A stretch of DNA of 64,000 bases from Raillietiella orientalis (Eukaryota). The notes beneath the pieces are model-generated. The model searched no databases. It was not told where the DNA came from and was given only the letters and a program-made list of their open reading frames with translations. The stretch's first letter is position 1; every line of letters starts with the position of its first letter. Location: contig JAYWIR010000020.1 in NCBI GenBank assembly GCA_036172245.1, forward strand, positions 3,100,001 through 3,164,000. The letters run 5' to 3'. Positions 51,801 through 64,000 of this stretch are shown piece by piece. The translations under genes were made by a program, and so were the position numbers.

Positions 51801-54800
51801 ATGAGCAAGCAAGCCAACGGGCTGTATTCCATCACTTACAGAGATTATTCTGGAGACTTCAGGTGAGTTCCAAAGATTTTCTGACTGCTTTGAATTATCT
51901 GGTAAATTTCTGCCTGCTGGCAGGGGATGCGTTCCGTGGTCACTTCAGCTTTGTTGTGGACGAAACGGAATTAGTGAATGCACACCCACATGCACGTAAA
52001 CCCTCAATGCACGCGCGAAAGAAGCGGTCCGGTACGGTCACCACTCCTACACAACCTTCTGAGTGACCCGTGAGCACATCCCCTCGAACATCCATGTCAG
52101 CGGCGAGTTCGTGTGCGAGGATTTGCCCAGAATCCAACCACAGTCGGTGGGTCCGGTGAAATGCCCCGAGAGCGTGCGTTCACCGACGACCACCACTCAT
52201 TTTTATGCGCTTCACATTTCTTCTTCATTCTGTAGCTTCCGACACTCGAGACTCCGACAGATCCCACAGGGCACGGGGCCTTTCGTAAACTGCACGATTC
52301 GGAAATTCCCGGCTCAGATAAAGGGAATCAGTTCCCCGCTACGTGGGTGCATCCGCATGTGGTCCAGTGTTCCGTGGTAAAGTCCGTGGATGGATGATGG
52401 TGAGCGACGTGTAAAAACACACACACAAACGAAGACTGGAATCTTTCAAAACACGCAAGTGAGAGCATACACGTGAGGAAAAGAGATCACGAAATGCACA
52501 GCATTGTGCTTTGTTTTCCAAACCCCAAGATCTCAGGAGACCCATCAGTCAGAGCGCACTCTGCAGCAATTCGGCATACTCTCCATCCGTTGGACAGTTT
52601 TTGGTGCTCTTTTTTTGGTGAAGAAGAGGAAGACGTGCCATACACCCTCTCAGATTCCAGAGCTCAGAATCCAGGATTTTTTCTCACATCGAAAGCAAAA
52701 GGAACTCCAGCAGCAGGAGCAAACTTTGCGAAACGTTTGTCGTTGTTTGTTCTCACCGGAAGCGAGGAGGCTGACCTCAAGGAGGAGGACCAAGGATCGG
52801 GTGGCGAAGCATCCCAAAACTGGAACGGATTCTTGGATCCAGAAGGCTTGCGGAGATAAACTGAACTCATGTTGCTCAAGATCATGGGCAGTGCTACGAA
52901 GAAAGGGAAGCGGATGAATCCCACGAAGTTGGAGAAGGGGATAATTTTTTTCCGTGTGGAAACATGGCGGTGTGCGGACCGTGCTCTGTGCAGAGTCCGC
53001 ACACCGCCGTGTTGGTGAATCCTGGAGTGATACTGTAGCCAATACAAGTGTCCAAACGGTCACTACCAAAAGTATCATGAAAGGACACAAACACTGCGGC
53101 AGGAAATGATGGAAACCTCGGCAACTCACCTTCCAACACAACGGATACAGTAGATTTCAAACTGGAAAGATTGCGGGCCTCTTCTGTTCTCGTAGCACAC
53201 GTAGGAGGAAACCATGGCCTTGCTGTGGCTCACAGAGCAAGATTTGAACAGCAGCATCAAAACTCGAACCTATGACGAAAATCCTGAGGACTGACTGGCT
53301 TCGATGACAGCGAAAGTTGACACACAGAAGAGCGAGCGATCCTTCAAATGCGTGGCGAAGGTTCCCGTAAGGGAAGCTGAATCCTTCTGCTTCAAAACTT
53401 CTTCCTTTTCTCTCCTCGAAACTATTTTTGGTCTCTCTGTATTGCATTCCATGGATGAGACCGCAGCGGTTCTCTTTGCGGCAGCACGCCTGGCGTACGA
53501 CTGATTCTTCACCATCGGTGCCCAGGGGGAATCTATGAAGTCCGGGAAAAACTTCCCAAACATCTGATCCTTGTGAACCTTGGTCCCCGGAATGATTGCG
53601 TCAATTTTCCTCTTCGATCACGTGGTTCGCCCCCTGCAACTATATCCTGCGATTTGTTGTCATCGCGTCTCGAAAATCCCGCGATGCTTTCTTGCCAGCA
53701 TCCGCGTGGCGCAAGGATGCTCGTCGCACTTGTCTTGGGAATGGCAGCAAGAAGCTTTTCAGCGCTTTGCAGCCATGCTGAACTTGGGAACCAAGTTGCT
53801 CAATTTAGCGAAGGTCGAATGTGTGATGGGCTCTAGGGACCAGGGGAGTTCAGCACCCACTCATCAGTCTTCGCGGATGCACCAAATAGAGGAAGACACC
53901 AAATCACTCATGAAGCTCCGAGACTGTAGCAGTCCGTCAAAAGGAACACTCTTATTTGCTGGTCGATCTGCTCCATGTGTGCAGGATTCCCAGCGTATTT
54001 TAAATCTTGAGAACAGATGAAGCCAAAATTTAAAAATCATGGAGGATTTTTCGCAAGATGGAAGCTTAGGGGGTTCCGCAGATGAAGGGGTGTCTCCCCC
54101 CAATGATGCCTACACTGCTCCAAAGCGTGCCTAAACTTAGCACTTCGCACACAGACGACTGCGGAAGAAGATTCTCCCTCGTGGATTTATTGATCTTGGG
54201 GCCACACCATCATTTACTGATGCTTTTCGCATTTGTTCTCATGTTTATCAGCATGGCTGATCCTCAACTTGTCAACTTTTTATTGTCTTCAGCCTCCACG
54301 GATCCTAAATAGGCAACATGCACTGAGATTCCATGACAGAAGTCCCGAGGCAATGCAAGCGTTAAGAGTTACGCGTGGTTTGCTTCGGGGTCGCGATAGT
54401 GAACACGACAGGTCAATAAAACACTCAGCAAATGAGCCATCAAAGGTACTACGCCATTTCCAGCACACTTTTTTTATTGTACAGTGCACGATTTTTAAAC
54501 ACACATCACTGGAACTCTCTTGAGAAGGTGTGGGGCGAATTCGCAGACGGAAATGGTCTCAGAAGACGTGGAAGCGCACTGAAGATTCCCATTCTTTTCC
54601 TGCATGCACGTATTGTGCATACGTAAATGATTCAAGATACATCCATTACGTAAACTATGCCGTACACATATAAAGTGTATCATAGAGAGATATAATACAA
54701 ACAGCCTGAAACATCGATACGTGTTCTATGGTACCAGAAACATTTCACATTTTCCTATCAGTGTGTCATTGCAAGACTTCATGCAGTACCGCAGCCTTGC

Positions 54801-57800
54801 GCTTCATCCCCCCCCCCCCCTCTTTCTAGTATGATCTAACCATTTTAACAGTCATTCTGTTGTTTGTTTGATTTTTATTCTTCAAGCAAAAAAAAAAGCA
54901 CCACAGCTTTTGTCTGGAAAACGAGATCTTGAAACCAGCCTAACTGCGTTTTGTGTCACCCTCTGTGCAGGAAGGCAGCGGCGAGTCAGATGGAACCGAA
55001 ATTCGCCCCCAGCGTGTTCCCGTGTTTCGACGAACCCTCTTTGAAAGCAGTCGTCAAGCTGTCGATCGTGCGGAAAAAGGGAGAAATCAGTTTGGCAAAC
55101 ATGCCCTTGGTCAGCTCGGAGGACTACCAGGAGCACGCCCCGCAATTGGTATTGCCCTTTCCAAGGCCTTTCACTCGAGTTCGTTCGGAGGGAACTTCCA
55201 TCGGATGCTCCCTGGTGAAAACGGAGCATTCCGAAAAACTGAAAAGCACCTGTCGTCTCCTCCCGATTTCTTTCGCTCCTTTCCGGCGTGCGAAGCAGCG
55301 AAACCGGCGACGTTTCAAGAACCCCGAGTAGCCGGCGGCGTGCCGGAAGGGTTTCTTCTGCAAACCCCATCCGAAAAATGGACCTTCCAGACAGACACCG
55401 TCTGGAACGTTCATCTTTCCGTTCGGTGGTCCCCGCTCGTTCAGCGCTGCATCCGAACGAAAGCGACTCTGACGCAACACGCGCCCCCCTGGGTAAGTAG
55501 CGCAGAGACTCCGCAAAGTGACCAGCTGCGGTTGTGCTTCTGGTCGGACAGGTGCGCGATCGCCGCTCCATCGGACAGGAGTTCGATCCCAGTCAGATCT
55601 TCTCTCCATTTAGGAAGAAATGCACGATCTGGGTAGACATCCTGCGACCGATCGGCAGAGTCCGATGCTCTCAAAGGTCGCAACTCTCGGAACGAAAGAG
55701 GCGATCCCTCGAAGATGGACGACAGCCTCGCACCAGCATCCAGCAGGGACTTCCTTTTCGCCGCGGTATCCATTTCCCCCTCCTGATCGAGCGTCGACAT
55801 CCTGTCTGCACAGAGAATGGGGACTACTTTTCCGCACTGCTATCTGTTTCGTGACAAAAGGAGGCAAACGGTCCTCAAGGGTTGGTCCAAGCGGTGAACA
55901 GAAAGACCAGCAGACGCTTCTTTCCACTTCCTACGGAATCCGTTGCTCGCAGTTCTTCTTGGGAGGGGGAATGTCGCGCCCGCGGGTGGCTCAATGAACT
56001 TCTTCAAGCCACTCTTGAACATGGGACTCTTTGTGAGCCGCTCGAACCGAGGCAAGCCCGCCAGTTTGGGGTTAACCGCAGCCCACGCACGCGAGCTACT
56101 GTCCACGCAAGCTCGTCTTCCGCTGCTTTCCTCACATCTCCCACCCGGCCTCCTCGGAAGGTAGCGAGTGAACTTGAAGAGCTCTTGGACCGCTTTGAAT
56201 ATTTCCTCCTGTCCCTGTCCCTCAACCGGCTCTCACTTCGAAAGAACACGTTCGCGATTCCAGCAGAGTGCGAAAAACTGGGCCGACGAGGCTTGTTTTC
56301 CGTCGCCTGACGTCAAAGAAGACAGAAGGATCACCTCCCAGGGAATGCCTTTTCTCGCCTTTGCTTTCTGTTTTCACCACTGCTCGGTCTCCACACACTC
56401 GCAGCATCCTCGTTCGAGACCAAATCTCCCCTCGCAAGCACTCGTCCCTCGAAACGCGCGCTTCACGGTCTTGCCGAAAAACAAAGCCCGCGCTGGAGGC
56501 CGCGTGGCCACAGCGGTCTCTAAGCGTGGAACCACGCGTTGCGGGTTCGAATCTCCGCGTAAAGGATCGACGTCGAGAACACAGTGTGTGCCAAGGGTTT
56601 CGAACCCCCCCCCCCCATCCCACCCCGCAAGATGACGCTGACTGGAGTGTCACGGACTTCGGATGTGGCACCAGCGGAAGGCGGAAACCTGGTTCCCCCG
56701 TCTATTCGCCGAGATTGGAAGTCGACCCTCTGGGCTTCTTCTGGTAATCAAGGAGCCTTTTCGGGTTCACCTTCGGTGGTGAAAATGGAGCGATCCGTCT
56801 GGTACCATGTAGCTGGTGGATTGACGCTGCCTCTCCAGAGCATCAAGAGGTGCGCTGATCCCTTCGGGAGTGACTTTTCAGAGAAAACTGGGAAGTGTTC
56901 CTTTGGTGCTCTCTTCAGAGGAGGAGGAGACAGGCAGAGGTTTTCTTGAAGGGGTCCTTACGGAGAAGAAATTCCAGGAGTGCGGATCCTTCGGAGAGGA
57001 AATGATAGAGTGAGCCCCCTTTGGGTAGTCCCTTCGGAGAGAATAAGGAAGAGGTTCCCTTCGGGCACTCTCGGATGGCGTGAAACAGAGTAAAAGAGTT
57101 TGACGAACCTTTAGGAGAACGGCGGTTCTTGAGTGCATAGCGAATCAGAAGGAAAAGAAAGAAAGAGCTCGAAGGAAAGTAACCGAAAGCAGAAGAGAAC
57201 CCAAAAGGATTTCCGTTATCCCAGGCCAATGGTACCTCCCTCCCTCCCCGTGAGGGCGCTGCTGGCCTCTTTGAAAAGCTAAGCTCAGAAAACGGAATGC
57301 TGATGGTTGCCTGACGCATCTCCTTACCGCTGTCCCCAAAGCCGGAATGCCTTTCGCGCTGCAGCAGTAAAGATGCTCCTGACCAGCCAAAACCGAGTGG
57401 TTGACCGAAACGGAGGTGTCTGGAATGAACCAGTGGTCAGCGGGTGAAAAGCGTCTGACTGAGGGCGTAAGAAATGGCACCCGTTGATGCAAGGGTTCAT
57501 TGATGCATTTATTGGAGCTTCGGATGCCCGCACGTTTGGCCCTTGGGAAGGAACTCCACCCTGTTTATTCCTGTCTTTTCGCGTGTGCAGTCTCTCTTTG
57601 CAGTTTCTGAAGCAAATGTTTCAGCCACCACCCTTCCGCAGTGATTCCTCCTACAGAGCAAACTTCCTCGCTGGCATTCGATCCTCGACTCGCATCCCAA
57701 TCATAGAGATGTTTTTCCTTTTCCTTCCTTTCCCCCTCTCGCTCTTCAGCAAATGTATCATCTGACGGAAGCAAGCTTGCAGCTTCGACGGTTCTTTCCG

Positions 57801-60800
57801 ACGCGGATGAAAGCGCACCCGTTTCACGCGGGATCAAAGATGAATGAATGTTCTCGAAGGGGCAGGTTTTCTCATCTTTCTTCGAAGTGGACTTGTAATC
57901 TTGTAAGGACAGCATCCGCTGAACCTTCTTCCGTGACCCTCGTGACGGGCTGCGATGATGACGCACGCATCTAGGAGTACAGCATCTTCTCGCGCAACTA
58001 CGGGCTGCTCGTGGGCGCTGACGCACGAGGGGGGGGGGAGCATTAGCGTCCACCACCCACCCGAACTGACCCACCCTCTGAATCAGGCAAAGGAGGACTG
58101 GCCGATCCAGATTATTTTGCTTCTCCTGAGGAGGGAATTCTCGGGTTCTTCAGCGGGTATCTTCGCGCTGGTCAGTGAGTGCAGAACGAATGGGCACGTC
58201 TTTGGCTGTCGGAGCAGGAAGGAGGGAAGGCGGAAGCGTGCAGCACAGGGGGCGGGCACGGCCACTTCTGCCGTCCGTGTGCCCGCTGCTCGCCGCCTTC
58301 AAGTCAGAAGGCGAAAAGCACTGCGGAGCTGGATGTAGTTGGTCGGGAAGCGGGCGATAGGAGGTGGCGTGGGAAAAGGAAGGGAAGGGGGTGAGGAAAC
58401 GGGGCGGACACGTCGCTTCGCCAGCAAGGATTGTGTACCTGGGATTGCAGGACTGGATGCCTTCCGTTTCTTTGCTGATGGCGCCAATAGGCGAACCGAT
58501 ATCGGCATCTGGCGTCGAGTGAAATTCCCCGGTGTTTCGATGTTGCCGACGAAGAGGAAAGTCTTCTGGCTTAGGGGAAAGCGACTTACTCACGAGCAAC
58601 GTGCATGCCGGCGCAGCCGAGAGCGTCGATCTTCCCGGGTTCTGCGCATCCCGCGCTTTTCACAGCGACAGCCTGTTGTCTTCCAGGTGATGGACAACTA
58701 CCAGTCCTCGCAACCGATGAGCGTTCACCTGATCTCATTCTTCGTGGGCAACCTCTCCAATGTGAGCATGCAGGAGGCGAGCCGACCACGCATCAGCGTG
58801 CACGCCATTGGGTACCAAATCGACCAAGGAAGATACGCGCTGAACCTCAGCAACGCCACGATCTCCTTCTACGAGAAGTACCTGCAGTACCCTTATCCTT
58901 TGTCGAAGCTGGGTGAGGGCTGCTACTATCCTCTTGCGTGAGATGGCGGTCGGGTGCGAGAGAGGGCGCGCCGCCGCTCAGTGATAGAGCGTCCGTCCGA
59001 TCCTCGGCTCAGGGAGAAAAGAAGCGAAAGGGGTCCGAGTTGCGACTCCGGTCACCTGGGTCAAGCGGCCCGTAGCCTTGTATGCTCGCCATTCATTCAT
59101 TCATCCGTGCTCGAGATTCCGTTGCCATGCCAGTGGGCCCGATCCCCTCGGCTGGCCTTCTTAAGTTCGAAGCTGCCCGGCGGAGGCGGGAAGTACACGC
59201 AGACGCTCAGAAGTCACGTTTCGGGAACAGAGATCCGTTTCCCTTCCGACCCGCTCCGGTGCACCTTCCAGGAATGCCAGAGATGCCATTCGAAACGATG
59301 TGTGGAGGGAGCGCCGCGCTTGCGCCCGAAGCCGTCCGATTTTGCGCCGGTAAAGGCAGCAGCGCTGCTGCCCTTTGCGCACGGACGAACGCTCGCACGT
59401 GCCTGCGGTGTTCCCTTCGCAGGCACGCCGAGGGGATGCCTGCCTACCTATTCGGGAGGCACTGTACACGCCGCTCAGACATGTTTATGACGAGCACAGC
59501 GCGCACGGTGGTGCTGCATACACACGAGTGTCTAACGCATCGCTCGACCGCCCGAACCGGTGCCTTGCACACGTAGAGCTGCGAACTCTGGTGCACGGGG
59601 TGCGTGCACCTCGTGCGAGGCTTCGGTTCGATGTGCAGAGTGCATGCGAGGGGGCGCTGAACACGTGCGAAGACATGAGGAGCACTTCGCTCATGCGCAG
59701 CAGCGAAAAAGCAAAGAAGGTTTCGTACTTCACTCATGGGCAGAGAGAGGATCTGGGATTCTTCGGAGTTCTGCGTCTTTCCGAAGTATAAGGAGCTCTC
59801 TTGGCGGCCCACCAAAGCAGCCGCTGACCTCCCTTGCATGGCTTCAGAGCTCTGCTTGAAAAGCGCTGCCGTTGCAACGATCGTTCGCTGATTTCCTACG
59901 GGATATTCATCAGCAGACTCCTGGATGACTTAGATCCGTCAGGGCGGCTTGGCACCAACTGCTGCAGCCAGCTGGTGCTGAACAGTGTTGAGCAAGAGAT
60001 CAGCTTTCCTTTCTCTCCCTCTCCTCCTCCCCCTCCTTCCCGAAAAAACGGAACACCAAAAACGGGAGATTCTCGCCACATGCGTACGGATGGAAAGCCC
60101 ACCCGGCTGGTTTTCGGGAGCTTTCGAAAATTCCTGAGGCCGTTTCCAGCATCCCACATCCCTCTATTTCCCGTTCCCTTCCGCATTTAGGCCAGACAAG
60201 TGCGAATCTCCGCTGCTGGACCGCCCACGCGACGAGCGAGCTCCCATCGACCGATGTGCGAACGGATCCCGACGAAGAGACCACAGGAGTCGCTTCAGAG
60301 AGGTCTCTTCCACGAAGATCCTCCTACCCAACGACCCAAGGAGCATCAGGACCGTAGCTGCAGCAGGTGCCAAGTGCGGGACGTTGCTTCGCATGCTCTA
60401 GGTCGCTGCTCGTGGCATTATCTCTGATGCGCTCGGAGGCACGATACCTCCACGCAGAGGCCGAAGCTGGCGCTTGGAGGAAGCTGAACAGGATTGCTTT
60501 CCAAGTGGACTCTGGTGTCCTTCTGGATTCAGATTTACGCAGGGAAGAAGGATGATCATCCTGGATGTGGCTTGTCTCTTCGAGAGCACTCTTGAGGCGT
60601 TCAGAAGCTCTCGAGAGGAAAAGCGGACCACGCACAGTGATCCTGTCGTCTCCCTATCAACGAAGGATTGATGTGCCCGATCCTGAATAGCTGCTTCCTG
60701 GAATCTCCAAGATGGAAAGGCAATGCGATAGCTGGGGATCCCGGGGCTATGCCTGGATAGAAGGAAGCTCCTTACTGGTTGCGTCTAACAACCAATATGG

Positions 60801-63371
60801 CCGAGCTTCCCACTAGATTCGTAGGCTGGGAGATCTCTCCGGTGAGGAAAACGACCTGAACGAGCAAATGGCATCCGGCATAGATGTGGACAGAGTTTTT
60901 TTTTTCCTTTTTGGAAAAGATGCCATGACCTCACACTCATGGAACAAAAGGATGGACGAAACATGGATATGAAGAAGATGGTGACTGTGAAGAGTCTCTT
61001 GAATTCGATCTCGCTCCCTGTTTCGGATGCATGTGTGCTCCGAATGCGTCGGATCTTCGAGAGATGAGATCTTTGATCTAAGTCTCATTGCGAAGATCCA
61101 TGAGTGAGAATCTCTTCGCGCGCTGGTGCCAGCGACCGCTGAAGTCCCTTTCATGGTACGAAAGGCGTGGCGAGCGGACGCCTTGCCTCCGGTCTCCCGG
61201 GAAGCGATTCACATCCGCTTGCGATTCCGCAGGTAAAACTCTTCCCTTCGACCCCGAACTGAAACGCGCTGCTCAGAGTCTGCCCAACGTTGCCGTCGCA
61301 GATGAAAGCAAGAGCCGGGGAAAAAAAAAAACATCCCCAGGTGCAGAAGCTGGATGTGGCAATACTGTGCACCTGACAATGTGCTCCGAGCTTACGCACA
61401 CTCCTGCCTGCCTGCTTACACGCCGTTTAAGCGCGTACAATCGTGGACGGCATCTCGGGGAGGAAACCTGCAAGACAGCTCGGTGCCTGCGATGCGATTC
61501 GGTAAAGCCGAAGGGCAAGTTGAGAAGAACTCTGTGAGATGAAAGCGTCCTGGCGGTTTAGAAAGCTGAGGCCGAGTCTCCTAATCGGATTCGACCCTCC
61601 TGCTTTGGATTCACCAGGAGATTCTGCATCTTGTTGAGTCGAGACGCGTGCCAGCATCCGTGACGGAAATCATGTCTGGCGGAGGAGTGATCTCGACGAA
61701 GACCTTCGCACCTCGAGACGTGCGGGATCCTTCACGGCTGCGGGAATCGGGAAGGTTTGGGACCGAGAAAGAACAAAGCTGCTCCCAGGGTTCTGAGGAG
61801 GAATTCTCATGCTCGCAAAGGAGGCGAGAATTCCCACCGATCAGGAGTTTCGCGTTCTCGGAACGAGAGAGACAAGAGTTTCGGAGTGGCGAAGATGCAG
61901 TTCCGTCGTTTGCTCGAGATCACCCCCGTCGAGACGACGTTCGAAACAGCCGGAGGTAGTGGCGGGTCCGGAAAGTGCTTCCGCACCTCCTCCGTTTCCT
62001 TGCAGCTTCGACCGTCCGTCCGGGAGGAGTCCCGGATCAGATGAGTCAGATCTCCGATAAGTTTTAGAGAACATAAAGTGCGAGATGGAAGCGCCAGGGA
62101 GGAGCCAGGGTTTAGAAGGCTTCGATGTGGCGCCATCTGGTCGAGAGCAGCTGGGAGTTTGGAAATTTCGAGAGTCAGCAAGCAACGCCTCCACAGGCAT
62201 TCCGGGAAATTCTTTTACACGGGCAGAGATGGTTCGGAAAAACAACCGAGTGTTTGCATAAAGCATCCTGAATTTTTGAAACCGAGGTCCGGGGTAAGCG
62301 ATAAGAAAGAGATGCTGCGAATCTGAACCTTCTTTCCGATAACATTCTTCGTTCCGAGCAGTTTGCAGCAATGCACCGGATAAGTCCATTCATCAGAGCC
62401 TCTGAACAAAGAGAGACCAACACGAAAAGCACCACAACGCCACCTCCATTCGCAGTCTTGAGGACAAAGAAGAGTCTGAATGAGCTTTAGGAAGACCGTC
62501 GACGGTGCTCTGTGATCGGTAGAGATCAGCATAAGCCGGCTGAGCTGCGTTCTCACGGCGATTCCGCGACCCTTAGTCGAAATCGACAGCACGAACGAAC
62601 CGCTGAAGGGATGAAACGTCTTCCAAATGGTCAACAAAGTCACAGAAAACAAAGCCCAACGAAGCCTCACAAATTCGTTAGAGTACATTGTGGTGGTTCT
62701 GTTGGTTCCCAGATTTAAAAAAAAATTAAAAATAAAGGAGCAAAAAATAAATAAATAGATAAATTGCCCCTTCGAGAGAACCTGTTCTTATTTTCAAGAC
62801 GTTCTAGAAATTTTAGAAAAAATTACGAAGATATCTCTGAGTCCCTTTTGGACGCACACAGGCACGTGTGTATCTGGATGAAGACTCTGAGAAATGAGAA
62901 AATGCAAGCCATGCTAGGGACTCGCCAGATACTTCCGCATTATCTTGAATATACGTACGACCCCCGAAATGCAGCTATCTGTGAGCACCAAAGGATAATT
63001 CATCAGGATCTTTGATACTATTATGATTTTCACGAAACTCCTCCAATGACGGAGAAAGCGCAACCTATCGTTGGCCTATACTACGTGACGCCCATTCTTT
63101 CAGAACCGAAGAATTTGCAACCAAAGAGGACAAAGACTAACGCTAATTCGCGACTCTCTGTGTTTTTATTCCTCATTGTGATGGAGCGTGTTTAACCTTC
63201 TGGACTCTTTTTTCAGATCTAGTTGGCCTCCCTGACTATGAAGAAGGAAACATATCTCCTTGGGGATTGGTGTTGATGAAGGACTCTTCTCTTCTGATTG
63301 ATTCCAATCAGACTTCTCAACTGGACCAGAGATACGTGACCAGTAAAGTGATGTACTCCATTTCACACCAG
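45873..63371 (+). CDS. M1-family aminopeptidase N-like type II membrane protein, partial (6 exons seen), catalytic motifs degenerate
   Basis: Phase-compatible GT-AG exons 45873-46001 (TM anchor KKKLIIIVIVIVLIAFAVFMICVL), 48164-48340 (PWDDISLPDSVVPSRY), 51577-51862 (LVLHIRNL...GLYSITY), 54971-55148 (SQMEPKFAPSVFPCFDEPSLKA...LANMP), 58687-58912 (PMSVHLISFFV...YPLSKL), 63217-63371 (DLVGLPDY..GNISPWGL...VMYSISHQ). Start codon not located; 3' end outside the window. Confidence 0.88.
56498..56560 (+). mobile_element. tRNA-derived SINE-like head (Pol III A and B boxes) in an intron
   Basis: A-box-like TGGCCACAGCGG (56505-56516) and B-box GGTTCGAATC (56544-56553); no complete cloverleaf. Confidence 0.4.
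62780..63130 (+). mobile_element. Possible Penelope-like GIY-YIG endonuclease remnant in an intron
   Basis: NAAICEHQRIIHQDL*YYYDF resembles the SAxxEH...H..DF motif; otherwise decayed. Confidence 0.3.
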
Positions 63372-64000
63372 GTATTAAAGTGTTTTGTGATCCGGAATTG
63401 TGGAAAATGGGGGATCAGAAGTAGAATGAGAAATTCCATACCCTTTCCTGGACAAGGAGGCATAGTACTCATTTTCGAATCTGTTTAACGTTGTTGGATG
63501 AGATCATGGATGATGATGACTTCTATCAACGTTTATAAGATAAACCTAATTTTTGTATACAAAGCTTGCATAAGATCGTTGCAAGGTGCCAGACAGTGAA
63601 AGTGCCACTCTTGACGGATCGCTCAAGAGCCATCCACGGAAATGTGCTTTCACTTGATATCTGACGCTGTGAATGGGACTTTATTGATCTCAGAGTGAAT
63701 CCTGTAAGGCCGGTTGCAAATTGCTTAGGCCATTCGGGATTGACAGCTATGAGAAAAGTCCAGAGCTTTTCGTAGTTTAGGAAAAACAGAAAATTTTTAG
63801 GAAGTGCAGAAGGTGCAAAAGGCCTCCGCTAGTGACCTAGGGAAAGAAAAAAATCACGAGGCAAGAGAACTTCTTAAAGATCAACAAGGGAATTTAAAGC
63901 TGAATTTAAGTCACGCAACGTCGAATACTACCTGTCCACTAAGTTCAAACCAAAATCGAAAAAGGGAAACGGCAAAAAAAAAAGAGAAGTGTTCTATTAT

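Noticed and set aside
47346..62700. Numerous 60-230 aa ORFs inside the aminopeptidase introns as nested genes
   Set aside because: No domains recognised; consistent with GC-rich intron sequence and decayed repeats.

Overview
Eukaryotic nuclear DNA, most likely arthropod (arthropod-type MyD88, GT-AG introns, Wolbachia-derived inserts). 1-11.2 kb is GC-rich, decayed BEL/Pao LTR-retrotransposon debris. 14.6-19.3 kb holds a compact, AT-rich, convergent pair: MyD88 (+, 4 exons) and PA2G4/EBP1 (-, 7 exons), whose coding ends overlap by 9 nt. About 20-35.3 kb is a dense patchwork of foreign, pseudogenised fragments: a ~2.6 kb Wolbachia/phage-WO chimera (repA-argD-ankyrin), an orthomyxovirus-like PB2 endogenous viral element, further probable RNA-virus polymerase-like fragments, and piggyBac, integrase and Helentron-like pieces. 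Together these resemble a piRNA-cluster-type capture locus. A single-exon secreted Fog-like ORF lies at 37.3-37.8 kb and an intronless NAXE at 40.8-41.6 kb. 45.9 kb to the end holds six exons of a membrane-anchored M1 aminopeptidase-N-like gene with both catalytic motifs destroyed (GAMEN->GNISP, HEXXH->YSISH), a probable pseudo-peptidase; it continues past the window. All family assignments come from reading translations by eye against remembered family motifs; no database searches were run.
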